64,000 nucleotides of DNA, taken from assembly GCA_040757555.1 (NCBI GenBank), contig JBFLWN010000002.1, positions 83,116-147,115 of the forward strand, written 5' to 3'. The position numbers were made by a program, and so were the translations under genes. Positions 40,946 to 50,883 of the stretch are shown here, in pieces. Below the pieces are notes generated by a model. The model did not search any database. It was not told where the DNA came from and saw only the letters and a program-made list of their open reading frames with translations. Within the stretch, counting starts at the first letter, position 1. Every line of letters begins with the position of its first letter. This DNA comes from Patescibacteria group bacterium. GTDB taxonomy: Bacteria > Patescibacteriota > Minisyncoccia > UBA6257 > GWB1-50-10.

Positions 40946-41632
40946 CTAAAGCTGTTTTGCAATTTTGATCATTTTTTGGAACTCCTTCGCATCAATACTT
41001 GCCCCACCAATCAACAGTCCTGCAATTTCTTTTTTTCTCAAAAAACCTTCTGCGTTTTTTGAATTTGTTGAACCGCCATATAACACGGGTACTGAAACAA
41101 TATTTTTTATAAATCGTGCAACACATGCCGCATCTTCCGGATCGGCATTTTTCCCCGTACCAACTGCCCAAATTGGTTCATATGCAATAATAAGATTTTT
41201 TTTGTCCTTAACAAATTTTAATTGTTTTTTTATAAATTCTTCCGTTGCCTTCTTTCCCTTTTTATAAACAGAAAGTGGTTCTCCAACACATAAAATAACT
41301 TTTAGTCCCGCGTGTATTCCCACCTTCACTTTTTTTGCAATCACCTCATCATTCTCTCCAAGGCGGCGGCGTTCCGAATGCCCAATAACTACATATTTCA
41401 CTCCAAGTTTTTTTAACATCTCTGGAGACACTTCGCCCGTGAATGCTCCTTTTTCTTCATAGAAAACATCCTGTGCGCCGACCGATGCATTCTTCAAAAC
41501 ATTTTTTACCGCTTTCAAAAAAGGAAACGGCGGTATAAGTACCGCGTTTTTGACATCACTTGCCCGCGCAAGTTTCACTGCCTCCACCTCACTTTGTGGG
41601 TTCATTTTCCAATTACCAAAAAGAATTTTCAT
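40946..41632 (-). CDS. tpiA: triosephosphate isomerase
   Basis: GNWKMN, IGHSERR, AYEPIWAVGTG, LYGGS. Confidence 0.96.
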   Translation of the reverse strand: MKILFGNWKMNPQSEVEAVKLARASDVKNAVLIPPFPFLKAVKNVLKNASVGAQDVFYEEKGAFTGEVSPEMLKKLGVKYVVIGHSERRRLGENDEVIAKKVKVGIHAGLKVILCVGEPLSVYKKGKKATEEFIKKQLKFVKDKKNLIIAYEPIWAVGTGKNADPEDAACVARFIKNIVSVPVLYGGSTNSKNAEGFLRKKEIAGLLIGGASIDAKEFQKMIKIAKQL

Positions 41633-41641
41633 CTATTTATT

Positions 41642-42688
41642 TTACACAAAACGGGCGAGGAAGAACAACACAAGACCGAAGGTGGTCATCACCGCGGAGA
41701 TAATCCAAAATCGCATAGTAATCTGACTTTCCGGCCATCCAATTCCCTGGAAGTGATGATGGATTGGAGTTGAAAGAAACACCTTTCTTTTAAATAATTT
41801 TTTGCTTGTTAATTGAATGATCACCGAAAGCGATTCAATCACAAGAATGATTCCAAAAAACGGGAGAAAGAATGCAGTATTCGTCACCATCGCCATCACC
41901 CCAAGTGTAATTCCCAAAGACATCGAACCGGTATCCCCCATAAAAAACTTCGCCGGGTGAATATTAAACCAAAGAAATGCAAGTAATGCACCCAAAAGCG
42001 TTGCGTTCATCATCGCGAGATCGTAGCGATGCATCACAAACGAAACGATCGCAAATGCACCAAACGCCAAAAACATTACCCCCGCCGCAAGTCCGTCCAA
42101 TCCGTCGGTTTCATTTGAAGAAAATGCAGTCGCCACGATAATAAAAACGAAAAACGGAATATACCACCACCCAAGTTCGAGATTTCCCAAAAACGGAACA
42201 TAGACCGTACTCCACCCAAGTCGGAAATAAAACCACCATGCTCCAATAAGTGAAACAATGGCGTAGAGAAGAAGTTTATGTTTTACCTTTAATCCTCCTC
42301 CATGTGGACCGATTCCAAAAATACCGAACAAATCATCAGCAAGACCAACAAGTGCAGCAAAAAGAAGTGCAGCAAGCGGAACATATGTTTCGGCACGATT
42401 TACAAAATTAAAATAACTGGCGAATCCCCCAAAGGCAGCACTCGCAAGAAAAAATACAAGAGCAATTCCCACCACCGTTCCCCAAATAATCACTCCCCCC
42501 ATTGTGGGAGTCGAAGATTTATCTTTGTGATGTTGGTAAAAAACCGGAGCACTTTTTTCGTCTCTAATGTTTTTTTTATTAAAATCAAATTTTTTCAAAA
42601 AATGGAACACAAATGGGGTAACCAAAAGAGCGATGACAAAAGCCATTGCAAACATGATAAGTGCCCGTATTGCTTCAAATAACACCAT
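41642..42688 (-). CDS. mraY: phospho-N-acetylmuramoyl-pentapeptide transferase
   Basis: TPTMGG, GLADD, NETDGLDGL, FMGDTGS, PIHHHF. Confidence 0.96.
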   Translation of the reverse strand: MVLFEAIRALIMFAMAFVIALLVTPFVFHFLKKFDFNKKNIRDEKSAPVFYQHHKDKSSTPTMGGVIIWGTVVGIALVFFLASAAFGGFASYFNFVNRAETYVPLAALLFAALVGLADDLFGIFGIGPHGGGLKVKHKLLLYAIVSLIGAWWFYFRLGWSTVYVPFLGNLELGWWYIPFFVFIIVATAFSSNETDGLDGLAAGVMFLAFGAFAIVSFVMHRYDLAMMNATLLGALLAFLWFNIHPAKFFMGDTGSMSLGITLGVMAMVTNTAFFLPFFGIILVIESLSVIIQLTSKKLFKRKVFLSTPIHHHFQGIGWPESQITMRFWIISAVMTTFGLVLFFLARFV

Positions 42689-42691
42689 AAT

Positions 42692-43648
42692 TTATTCAGG
42701 AAACGTATATGCTTCCTCGACCCACTTCAATAATGCGGGAACCTCCTCCACTCTATTTGGACTTCCGAGCACAATCACTGCAACTCGGTAGTTCTTTAAT
42801 AAGAATATTCCTAAAAAGTTCTCGTGTGAAGATTCAATAGTTCCCGTTTTTCCCCCAAGAAAATTTCTATTATCAAGAAACGGAATAATATTGGTCACCG
42901 TTCTGGTTTTCGGATCATTCATTGGTTCAACAAGAAAACTATTCGTGCGTGTCCATGAAAAAATCTCAGGGTGTTTTTCGATAATATATTTCGTCAAAAT
43001 TAAAAGATCATGCGCGGTTGAGACATTCAAATCGGAAAGCCCCGATTCATCATAAAATATCGTATCATTCATCCCCAACTCTCGTGCTTTTTTATTTAAT
43101 GCACGCACGAGCTCATCCGATCCATCCATATATTCCCCAAATGCAACAGCGGCATCATTTGAAGAAGTGAGTAACATAATTTTTATAAGATCCCTCGAAG
43201 AATACACCTCTCCACTTTTCAAATCTCCCGCAATCCCTTCAATAAGGGTCGCATTTTTACTTATCGGAATTTTTTTATTTTCTCCAATATTTTCCAATAC
43301 CACAATTGCAGTCATGAGTTTTGATATTGAGGCAATCGGCCACTGTTTATATGTATTGTAGTGAAGAAAAGGAAATCCGCTATCGAGAGATTGAATAAGC
43401 ACTGCCTGAGCTTTTATTTCCGAATCCAACACGCTCCACATTCGCATCGGAAGTTTATAATCATTTTTCGCCGTGCCAGGACGAACTCCCCCTTCATTGG
43501 TAAGAGAAGAATTTGTGTCTACCGACGATTTTTTTTCCTCATCTCTCTCAACGGGAAAAATGTTTGCTTTCCCAAAATCAGTTTTGGTAAGTGCCACTGA
43601 AATCAAGATAATAAGTATAAGAATAAGTGATTGCCAGCGTATATTCAT
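42692..43648 (-). CDS. D-alanyl-D-alanine carboxypeptidase (peptidase S11)
   Basis: SISK (SxxK), SSN (SxN), KTG. Confidence 0.88.
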   Translation of the reverse strand: MNIRWQSLILILIILISVALTKTDFGKANIFPVERDEEKKSSVDTNSSLTNEGGVRPGTAKNDYKLPMRMWSVLDSEIKAQAVLIQSLDSGFPFLHYNTYKQWPIASISKLMTAIVVLENIGENKKIPISKNATLIEGIAGDLKSGEVYSSRDLIKIMLLTSSNDAAVAFGEYMDGSDELVRALNKKARELGMNDTIFYDESGLSDLNVSTAHDLLILTKYIIEKHPEIFSWTRTNSFLVEPMNDPKTRTVTNIIPFLDNRNFLGGKTGTIESSHENFLGIFLLKNYRVAVIVLGSPNRVEEVPALLKWVEEAYTFPE

Positions 43649-44298
43649 TGATGTGGGATATCATTCTGTTCTTGTTGAACAACTTCTTCGTTCGACTGCA
43701 CGGGCGGAACCTGAGGAATCAATTGCCCTTCTCCTTCTCGATTTTGAAATTCCTGTCGTTCATAATCTTCAAATATCTGTTTGTATTTTTCATAATCGGG
43801 AAGTTCCGAAACATTTCCAATTCCCATGTGTTTCAAAAAATCAAATGTCACCGAATACTCGTACGTATTTTTCCTTTCGGTTCCCTGTTCTCTCCCGATA
43901 AGTCCGCGTATCAAAAGATTACGGATGATGAAACTTGAATTTACTCCGCGGATATAATCAATGGTCGGACGTGATACGGGACCCAAATATGCAATAAGCG
44001 ATAATGTCTCAAGTGCAGCAGGGGTAAGTTGTTCTTTAAATTCTTCTTCAACAATTTTTCCACTGATGTGCTGATATTCCGGTTTTGTGGCTAATTGCAC
44101 TTCATCTCCATTTCTCATCACCATAAGTCCGGAAGATATATCTTCTCGCATTCTTCCTTCAAGTAATGAAACAAGTTCTGTGCATTCTTCTTCTTTTATT
44201 TTTAACATTGACGCAATACGCTTCAAAGAAAGCGGATTTCCAAAATGGAACAGGAGTGACTCAAGTTCGGGAATTTTATTTTGTGTTTCTTCGTTCAT
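43645..44298 (-). CDS. scpB: SMC-Scp complex subunit ScpB
   Basis: LESLLF, LTPAALETLSLIAY, IDYIRGVNS, TFDFL. Confidence 0.93.
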   Translation of the reverse strand: MNEETQNKIPELESLLFHFGNPLSLKRIASMLKIKEEECTELVSLLEGRMREDISSGLMVMRNGDEVQLATKPEYQHISGKIVEEEFKEQLTPAALETLSLIAYLGPVSRPTIDYIRGVNSSFIIRNLLIRGLIGREQGTERKNTYEYSVTFDFLKHMGIGNVSELPDYEKYKQIFEDYERQEFQNREGEGQLIPQVPPVQSNEEVVQQEQNDIPHQ

Positions 44299-44316
44299 AT
44301 AAAAACTTTTTATATT

Positions 44317-45036
44317 TTATTGGCTTTTTTGCGTTTTCGCAACCGTCATCTCCGCAAAATGATTTTCCTGTTCGACGTTAATAAGCTGATCCTTAATGAG
44401 ATGGAGAATGGCAAGAAAAAGCACAACCACCTCTCCCTTTGTCTTCCCCTCTCGTAAATGTTTAAAAAGCGTCGGTGAATCAGTGAGACGAGAAAACACC
44501 TCATTAATCTTTTCTCTTAAATTAATGATCTCCGCTTTTATCACCCCAACGGGACGCAATACTTTTTGAAGCTCTCCAAATGCTTTTTGGATTGAATTGT
44601 GTAGATCGTCTACAGTAATGCGTTTCGGAGGATAAAAAAGAGGTCCCATGGTCATGAGAAATTCACGATGCATCATCTGTGGAAATTCCCTCCATCCTTC
44701 CTTTATATGTGGTTGTGCGTGTTTTAGTTCCTGATATAACCTTAATCGTGCTTCAAAATTTGATATATCGGACTCCTCTTCTTCTGTGAGTGGAAGTGAA
44801 GGAAGAAGCACTTTTGATTTTATAAGAATAAGTTTTGAGGCTACTACAAGAAAATCGGCAATGTATTCTCTTGTTTTTTCTTCTTCTCCAAGTTTTTCAA
44901 TGTATTGTAAAAAATCCCCAGTCACCTCGGCGATGTTCACTGAAGTAATTTCCATTTTTTTCTCCTCAATGAGTTCAAGAAGCTTCTCAAGGGGCCCCTT
45001 ATACGTCTCAAGTTTCAATTCATACACAGCATCCAT
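44317..45036 (-). CDS. scpA: segregation/condensation protein ScpA
   Basis: YKGPLEKLLELI, FLVVASKLILIKS, FLAILHLIK; start corrected to ATG 45036. Confidence 0.92.
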   Translation of the reverse strand: MDAVYELKLETYKGPLEKLLELIEEKKMEITSVNIAEVTGDFLQYIEKLGEEEKTREYIADFLVVASKLILIKSKVLLPSLPLTEEEESDISNFEARLRLYQELKHAQPHIKEGWREFPQMMHREFLMTMGPLFYPPKRITVDDLHNSIQKAFGELQKVLRPVGVIKAEIINLREKINEVFSRLTDSPTLFKHLREGKTKGEVVVLFLAILHLIKDQLINVEQENHFAEMTVAKTQKSQ

Positions 45037-45065
45037 ACCACCTATTGTATAATGAAATGAAGAAT

Positions 45066-45434
45066 ATGGTAAAGAAATTAGAAATGCATCCAGAACACAT
45101 ATTACGACTTGGGCTGGGGCTCGTACTCGTCTATATGGGATTTTACACATTCTTTGATGGGGGCGAATCATTTTCCGCGTACGTCACATTTTTTTCATTT
45201 CTTCCCAATATAGAATTTTTTGTAAAAATATTTTCGGTATTTCAAATTATCGCCGGCATATGTTTTCTTGCTGGATTACTTTTGAGAACTATTTCGTTTG
45301 TTATCTTTTGGGAATTCCTGTTGGGACTCATCATTGGCGGAGCTGATATATCAACATATAAAGATTTCGGGCTCATGACATCAGCACTCGCACTCTTCGT
45401 ACTTTCCAAAAAAACACCTTCTTTAAAAAACTGA
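45066..45434 (+). CDS. DoxX-like membrane protein
   Basis: ILRLGLGLVLV..G, 4 TMs, KDFGL. Confidence 0.65.
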   Translation: MVKKLEMHPEHILRLGLGLVLVYMGFYTFFDGGESFSAYVTFFSFLPNIEFFVKIFSVFQIIAGICFLAGLLLRTISFVIFWEFLLGLIIGGADISTYKDFGLMTSALALFVLSKKTPSLKN

Positions 45435-45466
45435 ATAAAAACTCCCGAATTTATCGGGAGTTTTTA

Positions 45467-46483
45467 TTATCCGTGTCTTATTACCATCACATCGCCATCC
45501 TGCACCACATACTCTTTTCCTTCAAGACGAAGCCATCCTTTTTGTTTTGCTTGCACCCACCCACCTGCCTGCACGAGTTTTTCATATGAAATAACTTCAG
45601 CTCGTATAAATTTCTGCTCAAAGTCAGTGTGAATGGTGCCGGCCGCTTGTGGTGCCTTTGATCCCCGCTCGATTGTCCACGCACGTGTTTCATCTTCTCC
45701 AGTCGTAAGAAAACTCATAAGATCTAAAATTTTATATGCACTTTTAATAAGTTCCGGAATTGCATTTCCCGAACTCAAATCGGCAATCACATACTCTGCA
45801 TTCATCTTTTTTATTTTTTCTTTCAATGAATCACTCACGTCACTTTCATTTCCGTTTAAAAGAAAAATTTGTGCTTTCGCAGTTAATAATCCCAAATCCC
45901 CAATGGTCTTAATACTTTCAAGAATTTCGGAATGATTTGGAAGTGTAAAAAGAGGAACCCCTTTTTCGATTTCATCTTTTATTTTTTTCAATGCATCTCG
46001 CACTACTATCATTTCTTTCTTTCCACTTCGCGCCTCCGACTCTGCTTTATGATATCGTTTCTCAACCGTATCGAGATCTTTTAATAATAATTCGGTATTA
46101 ATAATATCGATGTCACGCTCCGGATTCGTTTCACCTTCAACATGGATAATTTCTCCCGAAGAAAAACAACGGACTACTTGCACCACTGCCTTACATTCAC
46201 GAATATGGGAAAGAAATTGATTTCCCAATCCCTCACCTTGATTCGCTCCCTTCACAAGTCCCGCAATATCATAAAATTCTACAACTGCAGGGATCTTCTT
46301 TTTTGAATTACTCAATTTCGCAAGTGCATCGACTCGCTCATCGGGAACGGGCACCACTCCTACGTTTGGATCAATTGTCGCAAACGGATAATTTGCAATA
46401 TGCACCTCCTGCGCGGTAAGTGCCCTAAAAAGTGTCGATTTTCCCACATTGGGAAGTCCTACAATGCCAATTGATAATTTCAT
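45467..46483 (-). CDS. ychF: redox-regulated ATPase YchF
   Basis: GIVGLPNVGKST, NYPFATIDPN, DIAGLV, GKEYVVQDGD; start corrected. Confidence 0.96.
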   Translation of the reverse strand: MKLSIGIVGLPNVGKSTLFRALTAQEVHIANYPFATIDPNVGVVPVPDERVDALAKLSNSKKKIPAVVEFYDIAGLVKGANQGEGLGNQFLSHIRECKAVVQVVRCFSSGEIIHVEGETNPERDIDIINTELLLKDLDTVEKRYHKAESEARSGKKEMIVVRDALKKIKDEIEKGVPLFTLPNHSEILESIKTIGDLGLLTAKAQIFLLNGNESDVSDSLKEKIKKMNAEYVIADLSSGNAIPELIKSAYKILDLMSFLTTGEDETRAWTIERGSKAPQAAGTIHTDFEQKFIRAEVISYEKLVQAGGWVQAKQKGWLRLEGKEYVVQDGDVMVIRHG

Positions 46484-46550
46484 TCTTGTATTGTTATAAC
46501 TTAATACTATGATAAACATAGAATTTATCAATTATATAAGGGAGGGGCTC

Positions 46551-47192
46551 ATGAAACTCAAAAATCTCATCCGATATACTCTGTTCTGGTGCGGTATGCC
46601 CAAGAGCAAAAATGAACACGAAGGAGATGTTATTCTCGCTCAATCATTCGGAAGAAATTCATTTGATGAAGCGGATATGAAAGTACTTAATGAAAAATTC
46701 GACGAATTCGAATTAGATGAAAAAGTACTTGAGTGGATACGCACAAAAAACTTTAAGCCTGGAAAACCAAACAAAAAAATTGCGGAGGGGGTAATGAATT
46801 TTATGCAAAGACACTATATCCCCGCAATAGTACAGTGGGAAGTTGCCGCCGCATTCCCAAGTGATTGGTATGAGAAAAATAAAAAATACATCACTTGTAT
46901 ATGGCCACCAGCAGGAAATAGTTATATTGATTTACATTCAGTAATTATTGAATCACTTCATGCTATGAAAGAAAAGAAATTATCCAATCCGATTGTCGCG
47001 ACTCACAAAAGACAAATTGTACGGGTGGCGTGTGTTATAAAAAAGCTTTTCGGAAAATTCCCGTTTATCTCGGAAGTACAACCAAAAAACTTTGACAAAA
47101 ACTCTTTGAAATGGGAAACACGAAATTTATTGTATTGGTCACTCAAAGAACCTTTTGTCCGCATGTGCTACATCGTAAAACGATATGTATAA
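46551..47192 (+). CDS. hypothetical protein (possibly YdcF/DUF218-like fold)
   Basis: GGAGG RBS; ILAQSFG, PGKPN, IVQWEV, VATHKRQIVR; family assignment tentative. Confidence 0.6.
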   Translation: MKLKNLIRYTLFWCGMPKSKNEHEGDVILAQSFGRNSFDEADMKVLNEKFDEFELDEKVLEWIRTKNFKPGKPNKKIAEGVMNFMQRHYIPAIVQWEVAAAFPSDWYEKNKKYITCIWPPAGNSYIDLHSVIIESLHAMKEKKLSNPIVATHKRQIVRVACVIKKLFGKFPFISEVQPKNFDKNSLKWETRNLLYWSLKEPFVRMCYIVKRYV

Positions 47193-47224
47193 AAAGACGC
47201 CCATCACATCATGCAGCGTCTTTT

Positions 47225-47665
47225 TTATAGCAAACTTTTTATTTCCATCATCACATCTTCCGGAATTGGATCTCGTTCTGAACTTTTCCCGGGATATCGC
47301 CAGGCCGTGATAATGCGAATTCTCTTTCCCGTATTTCCCAGAAATTTTTGGACATTATCAAGCGAACTCTCTTTCTTATTATTTTCTCCTTTATTTAAAA
47401 CTCGAAATTTAGAATTCGAAATTCCTTGTCGTTTATTAGCGACAAGGCTATACATCACCCATATTTCTTGATAATTTTTTGTTCCTGCGGGCTGCATCAC
47501 CGCAACCGTTTCATCCGCGACTCCCTCTTCAATACGCGTTGGAAAACGGATAATACGTTTTATTCTCCCCTCGGAGATTCCATAATACTGCATTTTCTCC
47601 CACGCATGCCCAGTCCATTCATATTTTGAATCGTTCTGTGGCTGCTTCATAGAAATAAAACTCAA
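47225..47665 (-). CDS. hypothetical protein, DUF4258/BrnT-like
   Basis: WTGHAWEKM..YGISE..I..II...IRIITAW pattern; start uncertain. Confidence 0.55.
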   Translation of the reverse strand: MSFISMKQPQNDSKYEWTGHAWEKMQYYGISEGRIKRIIRFPTRIEEGVADETVAVMQPAGTKNYQEIWVMYSLVANKRQGISNSKFRVLNKGENNKKESSLDNVQKFLGNTGKRIRIITAWRYPGKSSERDPIPEDVMMEIKSLL

Positions 47666-47668
47666 AAT

Positions 47669-48142
47669 TTAGAGATTTGAATTTTCCTGCCTCTTATATT
47701 TTCCCATAAGATCTGTTCGTGCAATCACATGACTTTCAATCGCTCGTTCCAATTCCGGTTTTTTTGTGTCAGGAGGAAGATCAAGTACAATATCGAGTGC
47801 ATACAATTTGAACATATAGTGATGCGCGTCTGCACCGTGCGGCGGACATGGACCCCCATATCGCGCACTCCCCCAACTGTTTATCCCGATCACCGCATCG
47901 AGAGGAAGTGAATCTTCCGAAATATATTGTGTCTTTGGATTAATATTCCACATCACCCAGTGATCCCACACCTTTCCGTTCGTTGCATCGGGATCGTCCA
48001 TAATAAGCACCAAACTTTTTGCTTCTTTGGGCACTCCCCTAATTTCCAAAAGCGGGTTTATATTTTCTCCATCGCACGTGTATCGCGTAGGAATCATTCC
48101 ATCCTCCTTAAATAATGAGCATTTGAGTATAAAATCTGCCAT
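47669..48142 (-). CDS. YbhB/YbcL (PEBP) family protein
   Basis: YTCDGENINP, MDDPDA, WDHWV, YGGPCPP, HHYMFKLYALD. Confidence 0.93.
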   Translation of the reverse strand: MADFILKCSLFKEDGMIPTRYTCDGENINPLLEIRGVPKEAKSLVLIMDDPDATNGKVWDHWVMWNINPKTQYISEDSLPLDAVIGINSWGSARYGGPCPPHGADAHHYMFKLYALDIVLDLPPDTKKPELERAIESHVIARTDLMGKYKRQENSNL

Positions 48143-48229
48143 ATGTGATAAGTATACGGCATTTTACACGAAGTAGTAAGTATCGCTCCTCCTTTATGCA
48201 AAATATAGAATACGATATACTGGATGCAT

Positions 48230-49336
48230 ATGCCGATTGCAATATATCGAAAATATCGCCCCGCAACATTCAATGACCTCTTGGGACAGGAAATTATTGT
48301 CCGTATTTTAAAAGAAGCGGCAAAGCGGGATAAACTTTCACATGCATATCTTTTTGCGGGTCCGCGTGGCACGGGAAAAACAACGACCGCGCGTCTTATC
48401 GCAAAAATTGCAAACTGTGAGGCACGAATAAAAGATCCGGTATTTAAGAAAAAAGGAGAGCCGTGTAATGAATGTAAAACATGTAAAGAAATTGATGAAG
48501 GAAGAAATTTGGACACGATAGAAATCGACGGTGCATCAAACCGTGGAATCGATGAAATCAGAAACCTGAAAGAAGGAATTCGCGTCGGACCAAATATGGG
48601 GCGATACAAAGTGTTCATCATCGACGAAGCGCACATGCTTACGAAAGATGCATGGAATGCACTTTTGAAAACACTTGAAGAACCACCGGAATATATTGTG
48701 ATTGTGCTTGCGACTACCGAAGTGGATCGCGTACCCTCCACAATCAGCTCACGCACACAGCAATTTTTCTTTGAGCGAGTCACGGTAAAACAAATCATCG
48801 AAAAGCTCACAAAAATAATCAAAAATGAAAAAATAGAAATTTCTCCCGATGCGCTTGATCTTATTGCGACTTCAGCGGAAGGAAGTTTCCGCGATGCTGA
48901 ATCGCTTCTTGATCAACTCATCTCATTCGGAAAAGGAGAGATATCGCTTGAAGATGTAGAAAAAACAATCGGAAAAGTTGGATTTGGAAAACTTTCCGAG
49001 TTCGCGGAATTATTAATCAAAAAAAATCTTGATAAATCACTTGTCGCACTTTCGCATATCGAAAACGGCGGGTACAATCTTCCGCAATTCACAAAAGACC
49101 TTCTCCAATATCTTCGCCGTGTTGCAGTCTTGAAATTTGCGCCAAGCATGGCGGATCTTATGACGAAAGAACTTTCGGAAGATCATTTGAAAATACTTCT
49201 CGCACACTCAAAGCTCTTCACCGACGCGCATATCGGACTCATTCAATCGCTCATCACCGCCTATGGTCAGATGCGCTACAGCCAATTCCCTATCATCCCG
49301 CTTGAAATCGCAATCATCGAAGAATTGAAAAAATAA
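48230..49336 (+). CDS. dnaX: DNA polymerase III gamma/tau subunit (short)
   Basis: YRKYRP, GPRGTGKTT, PCNECKTC, EIDGASNRG, IIDEAHML, LKTLEEPP. Confidence 0.96.
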   Translation: MPIAIYRKYRPATFNDLLGQEIIVRILKEAAKRDKLSHAYLFAGPRGTGKTTTARLIAKIANCEARIKDPVFKKKGEPCNECKTCKEIDEGRNLDTIEIDGASNRGIDEIRNLKEGIRVGPNMGRYKVFIIDEAHMLTKDAWNALLKTLEEPPEYIVIVLATTEVDRVPSTISSRTQQFFFERVTVKQIIEKLTKIIKNEKIEISPDALDLIATSAEGSFRDAESLLDQLISFGKGEISLEDVEKTIGKVGFGKLSEFAELLIKKNLDKSLVALSHIENGGYNLPQFTKDLLQYLRRVAVLKFAPSMADLMTKELSEDHLKILLAHSKLFTDAHIGLIQSLITAYGQMRYSQFPIIPLEIAIIEELKK

Positions 49337-49370
49337 CGGAGAACTGGTAGGTTTTAATAGGTTAGTTTAT

Positions 49371-49441
49371 TGGGGGATCGTCTAACGGTAGGACACCGCC
49401 CTTTGGAGGCGGGTATCGGGGTTCGAATCCCTGTCCCCCAG
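49371..49441 (+). tRNA. tRNA-Gln(TTG)
   Basis: TGGGGGA...CCGCC-CTTTGGA-GGCGG...GGTTCGAATCC...TCCCCCA-G. Confidence 0.93.
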
Positions 49442-49609
49442 CAAATATAAATTAGGCACATCTTTATGGTGTGCTTAATTTATATCTCGTTGAAGGGATT
49501 CGAACGGAACTTTTGCGCATGCATTGCATGAAAAAGCAAAAGTCCGTGGCTTCGGAGGAATCCCGCCATCGGCGGGATGGAGGAGAAGGAATCCCTGTCC
49601 CCCAGCAAA
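49442..49609 (+). mobile_element. tRNA-Gln-associated module
   Basis: Hairpin 49445..49485; inverted T-arm 49494..49505 (reverse complement of 49421..49432); 21-bp direct repeat 49589..49609 = 49425..49445. Mobility is inferred. Confidence 0.6.
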
Positions 49610-49610
49610 A

Positions 49611-49641
49611 AAAGAAAGCGACACAAAATGTCGCTTTCTTT
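49611..49641. terminator. bidirectional hairpin, GCGACA family
   Basis: AAAGAAAGCGACA-CAAAA-TGTCGCTTTCTTT. Confidence 0.7.
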
Positions 49642-49658
49642 ATATTTTATTCAGTTAT

Positions 49659-50807
49659 CTATTTCCATTCCTTCACTACTTGCCATTTTATATTAAGTGC
49701 GGCACCAAGAGTTATCGCTACCGCAATAGATGTCACAATCCAACCCAGGAAAGGTATCGCACCAAGAAGTACATATACTATCGTGCCAAGTAATATGGTT
49801 TTCCAATTGATAATATAATCCGATTTTTTGAATATCCACTTGTACACGAGAGTGCCCATAACTATCGGAGTGATTATCGCCGCATAGATGCAAAGCATTA
49901 CAAAAGAAAGTAGTCCGAGTATACCGAGAGGAATTCCTATAACAGAAACAAGAAGAATAATCGAAAGCACCGGAAGCACAATGAAAGTAACCACACCACG
50001 CCCAAGTTCCTTGAGTGGGTTTGTAGTGGCTTTTTCCACGAGTTCCTTGCTGTACCGACGGAACATAAGTCCGACGATAAGAGCTGCAACCAATAACATT
50101 ACAAATTTTGCGAGAAGCATCAAAGTAAAGAACCCAAATATTCCCTTTCTTGTATCTTTCTTCATTCCCTCACTCCCTTTTAATTGGGTGAAAACAGTTT
50201 CTCCCCGTACCTTACCTCCCTCTTCTATAACGACGGGATTTGGTGATTCATATTTAAGATTACCTTTTATGTCCGCATCCGGTCCCAAAGTTAAATTTCC
50301 GGCTTTGATATCCACATTGCCTCCGATAGGCGCATTCACATAAACTTTTCCACCGGCAATTTTTACACTTCCCTTTACTTCGGAATCCATTCTCACGGTT
50401 CCACCTGCCATTACTGCATCTCCACCTATTAATTTACCCGACAGGATTAGTTGTCCTCCGCCCACAAGAACATCACCCACAACATCACCATTCACCGTGA
50501 TGTTTCCCCCACCCACGCGCATATCTCCAGAAACCTGACTCAAAATTGTTATATTACCGCCTACGACAAATAAATCGCCTGCAATCGGCCCCGATATGAG
50601 TGCTGTGCCACCGGCGACCAAAAGATCCTTATCTACGCTTCCCGCACTAATAACGGTTCCACCTGCCATATACAGATTCCCTTCTGTTTTTTCTCCAGAA
50701 GTGAATGCTGATTGCTGTCCCGCTCTGAATTCCGCGGCAGATACCAAAACGGGAAACACAAATACAAACAAAGCCAATACCACGAGCACCTTGTTAAAAT
50801 TTTTCAT
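49659..50807 (-). CDS. membrane protein with bactofilin-like beta-helix repeats
   Basis: Signal peptide, repeated G-x-V/I-x-G-D-x-x-x-x-GG units, several C-terminal TMs; start corrected to 50807. Confidence 0.75.
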   Translation of the reverse strand: MKNFNKVLVVLALFVFVFPVLVSAAEFRAGQQSAFTSGEKTEGNLYMAGGTVISAGSVDKDLLVAGGTALISGPIAGDLFVVGGNITILSQVSGDMRVGGGNITVNGDVVGDVLVGGGQLILSGKLIGGDAVMAGGTVRMDSEVKGSVKIAGGKVYVNAPIGGNVDIKAGNLTLGPDADIKGNLKYESPNPVVIEEGGKVRGETVFTQLKGSEGMKKDTRKGIFGFFTLMLLAKFVMLLVAALIVGLMFRRYSKELVEKATTNPLKELGRGVVTFIVLPVLSIILLVSVIGIPLGILGLLSFVMLCIYAAIITPIVMGTLVYKWIFKKSDYIINWKTILLGTIVYVLLGAIPFLGWIVTSIAVAITLGAALNIKWQVVKEWK

Positions 50808-50847
50808 ATACATATTATACACCCAGAAAACCTAAATCTCATATATT

Positions 50848-50875
50848 AAAAAACGACACAAAGTGTCGCTTTTTT
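50848..50875. terminator. hairpin, GCGACA family
   Basis: AAAAAACGACAC-AAA-GTGTCGCTTTTTT. Confidence 0.65.
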
Positions 50876-50883
50876 ATCCCCTT

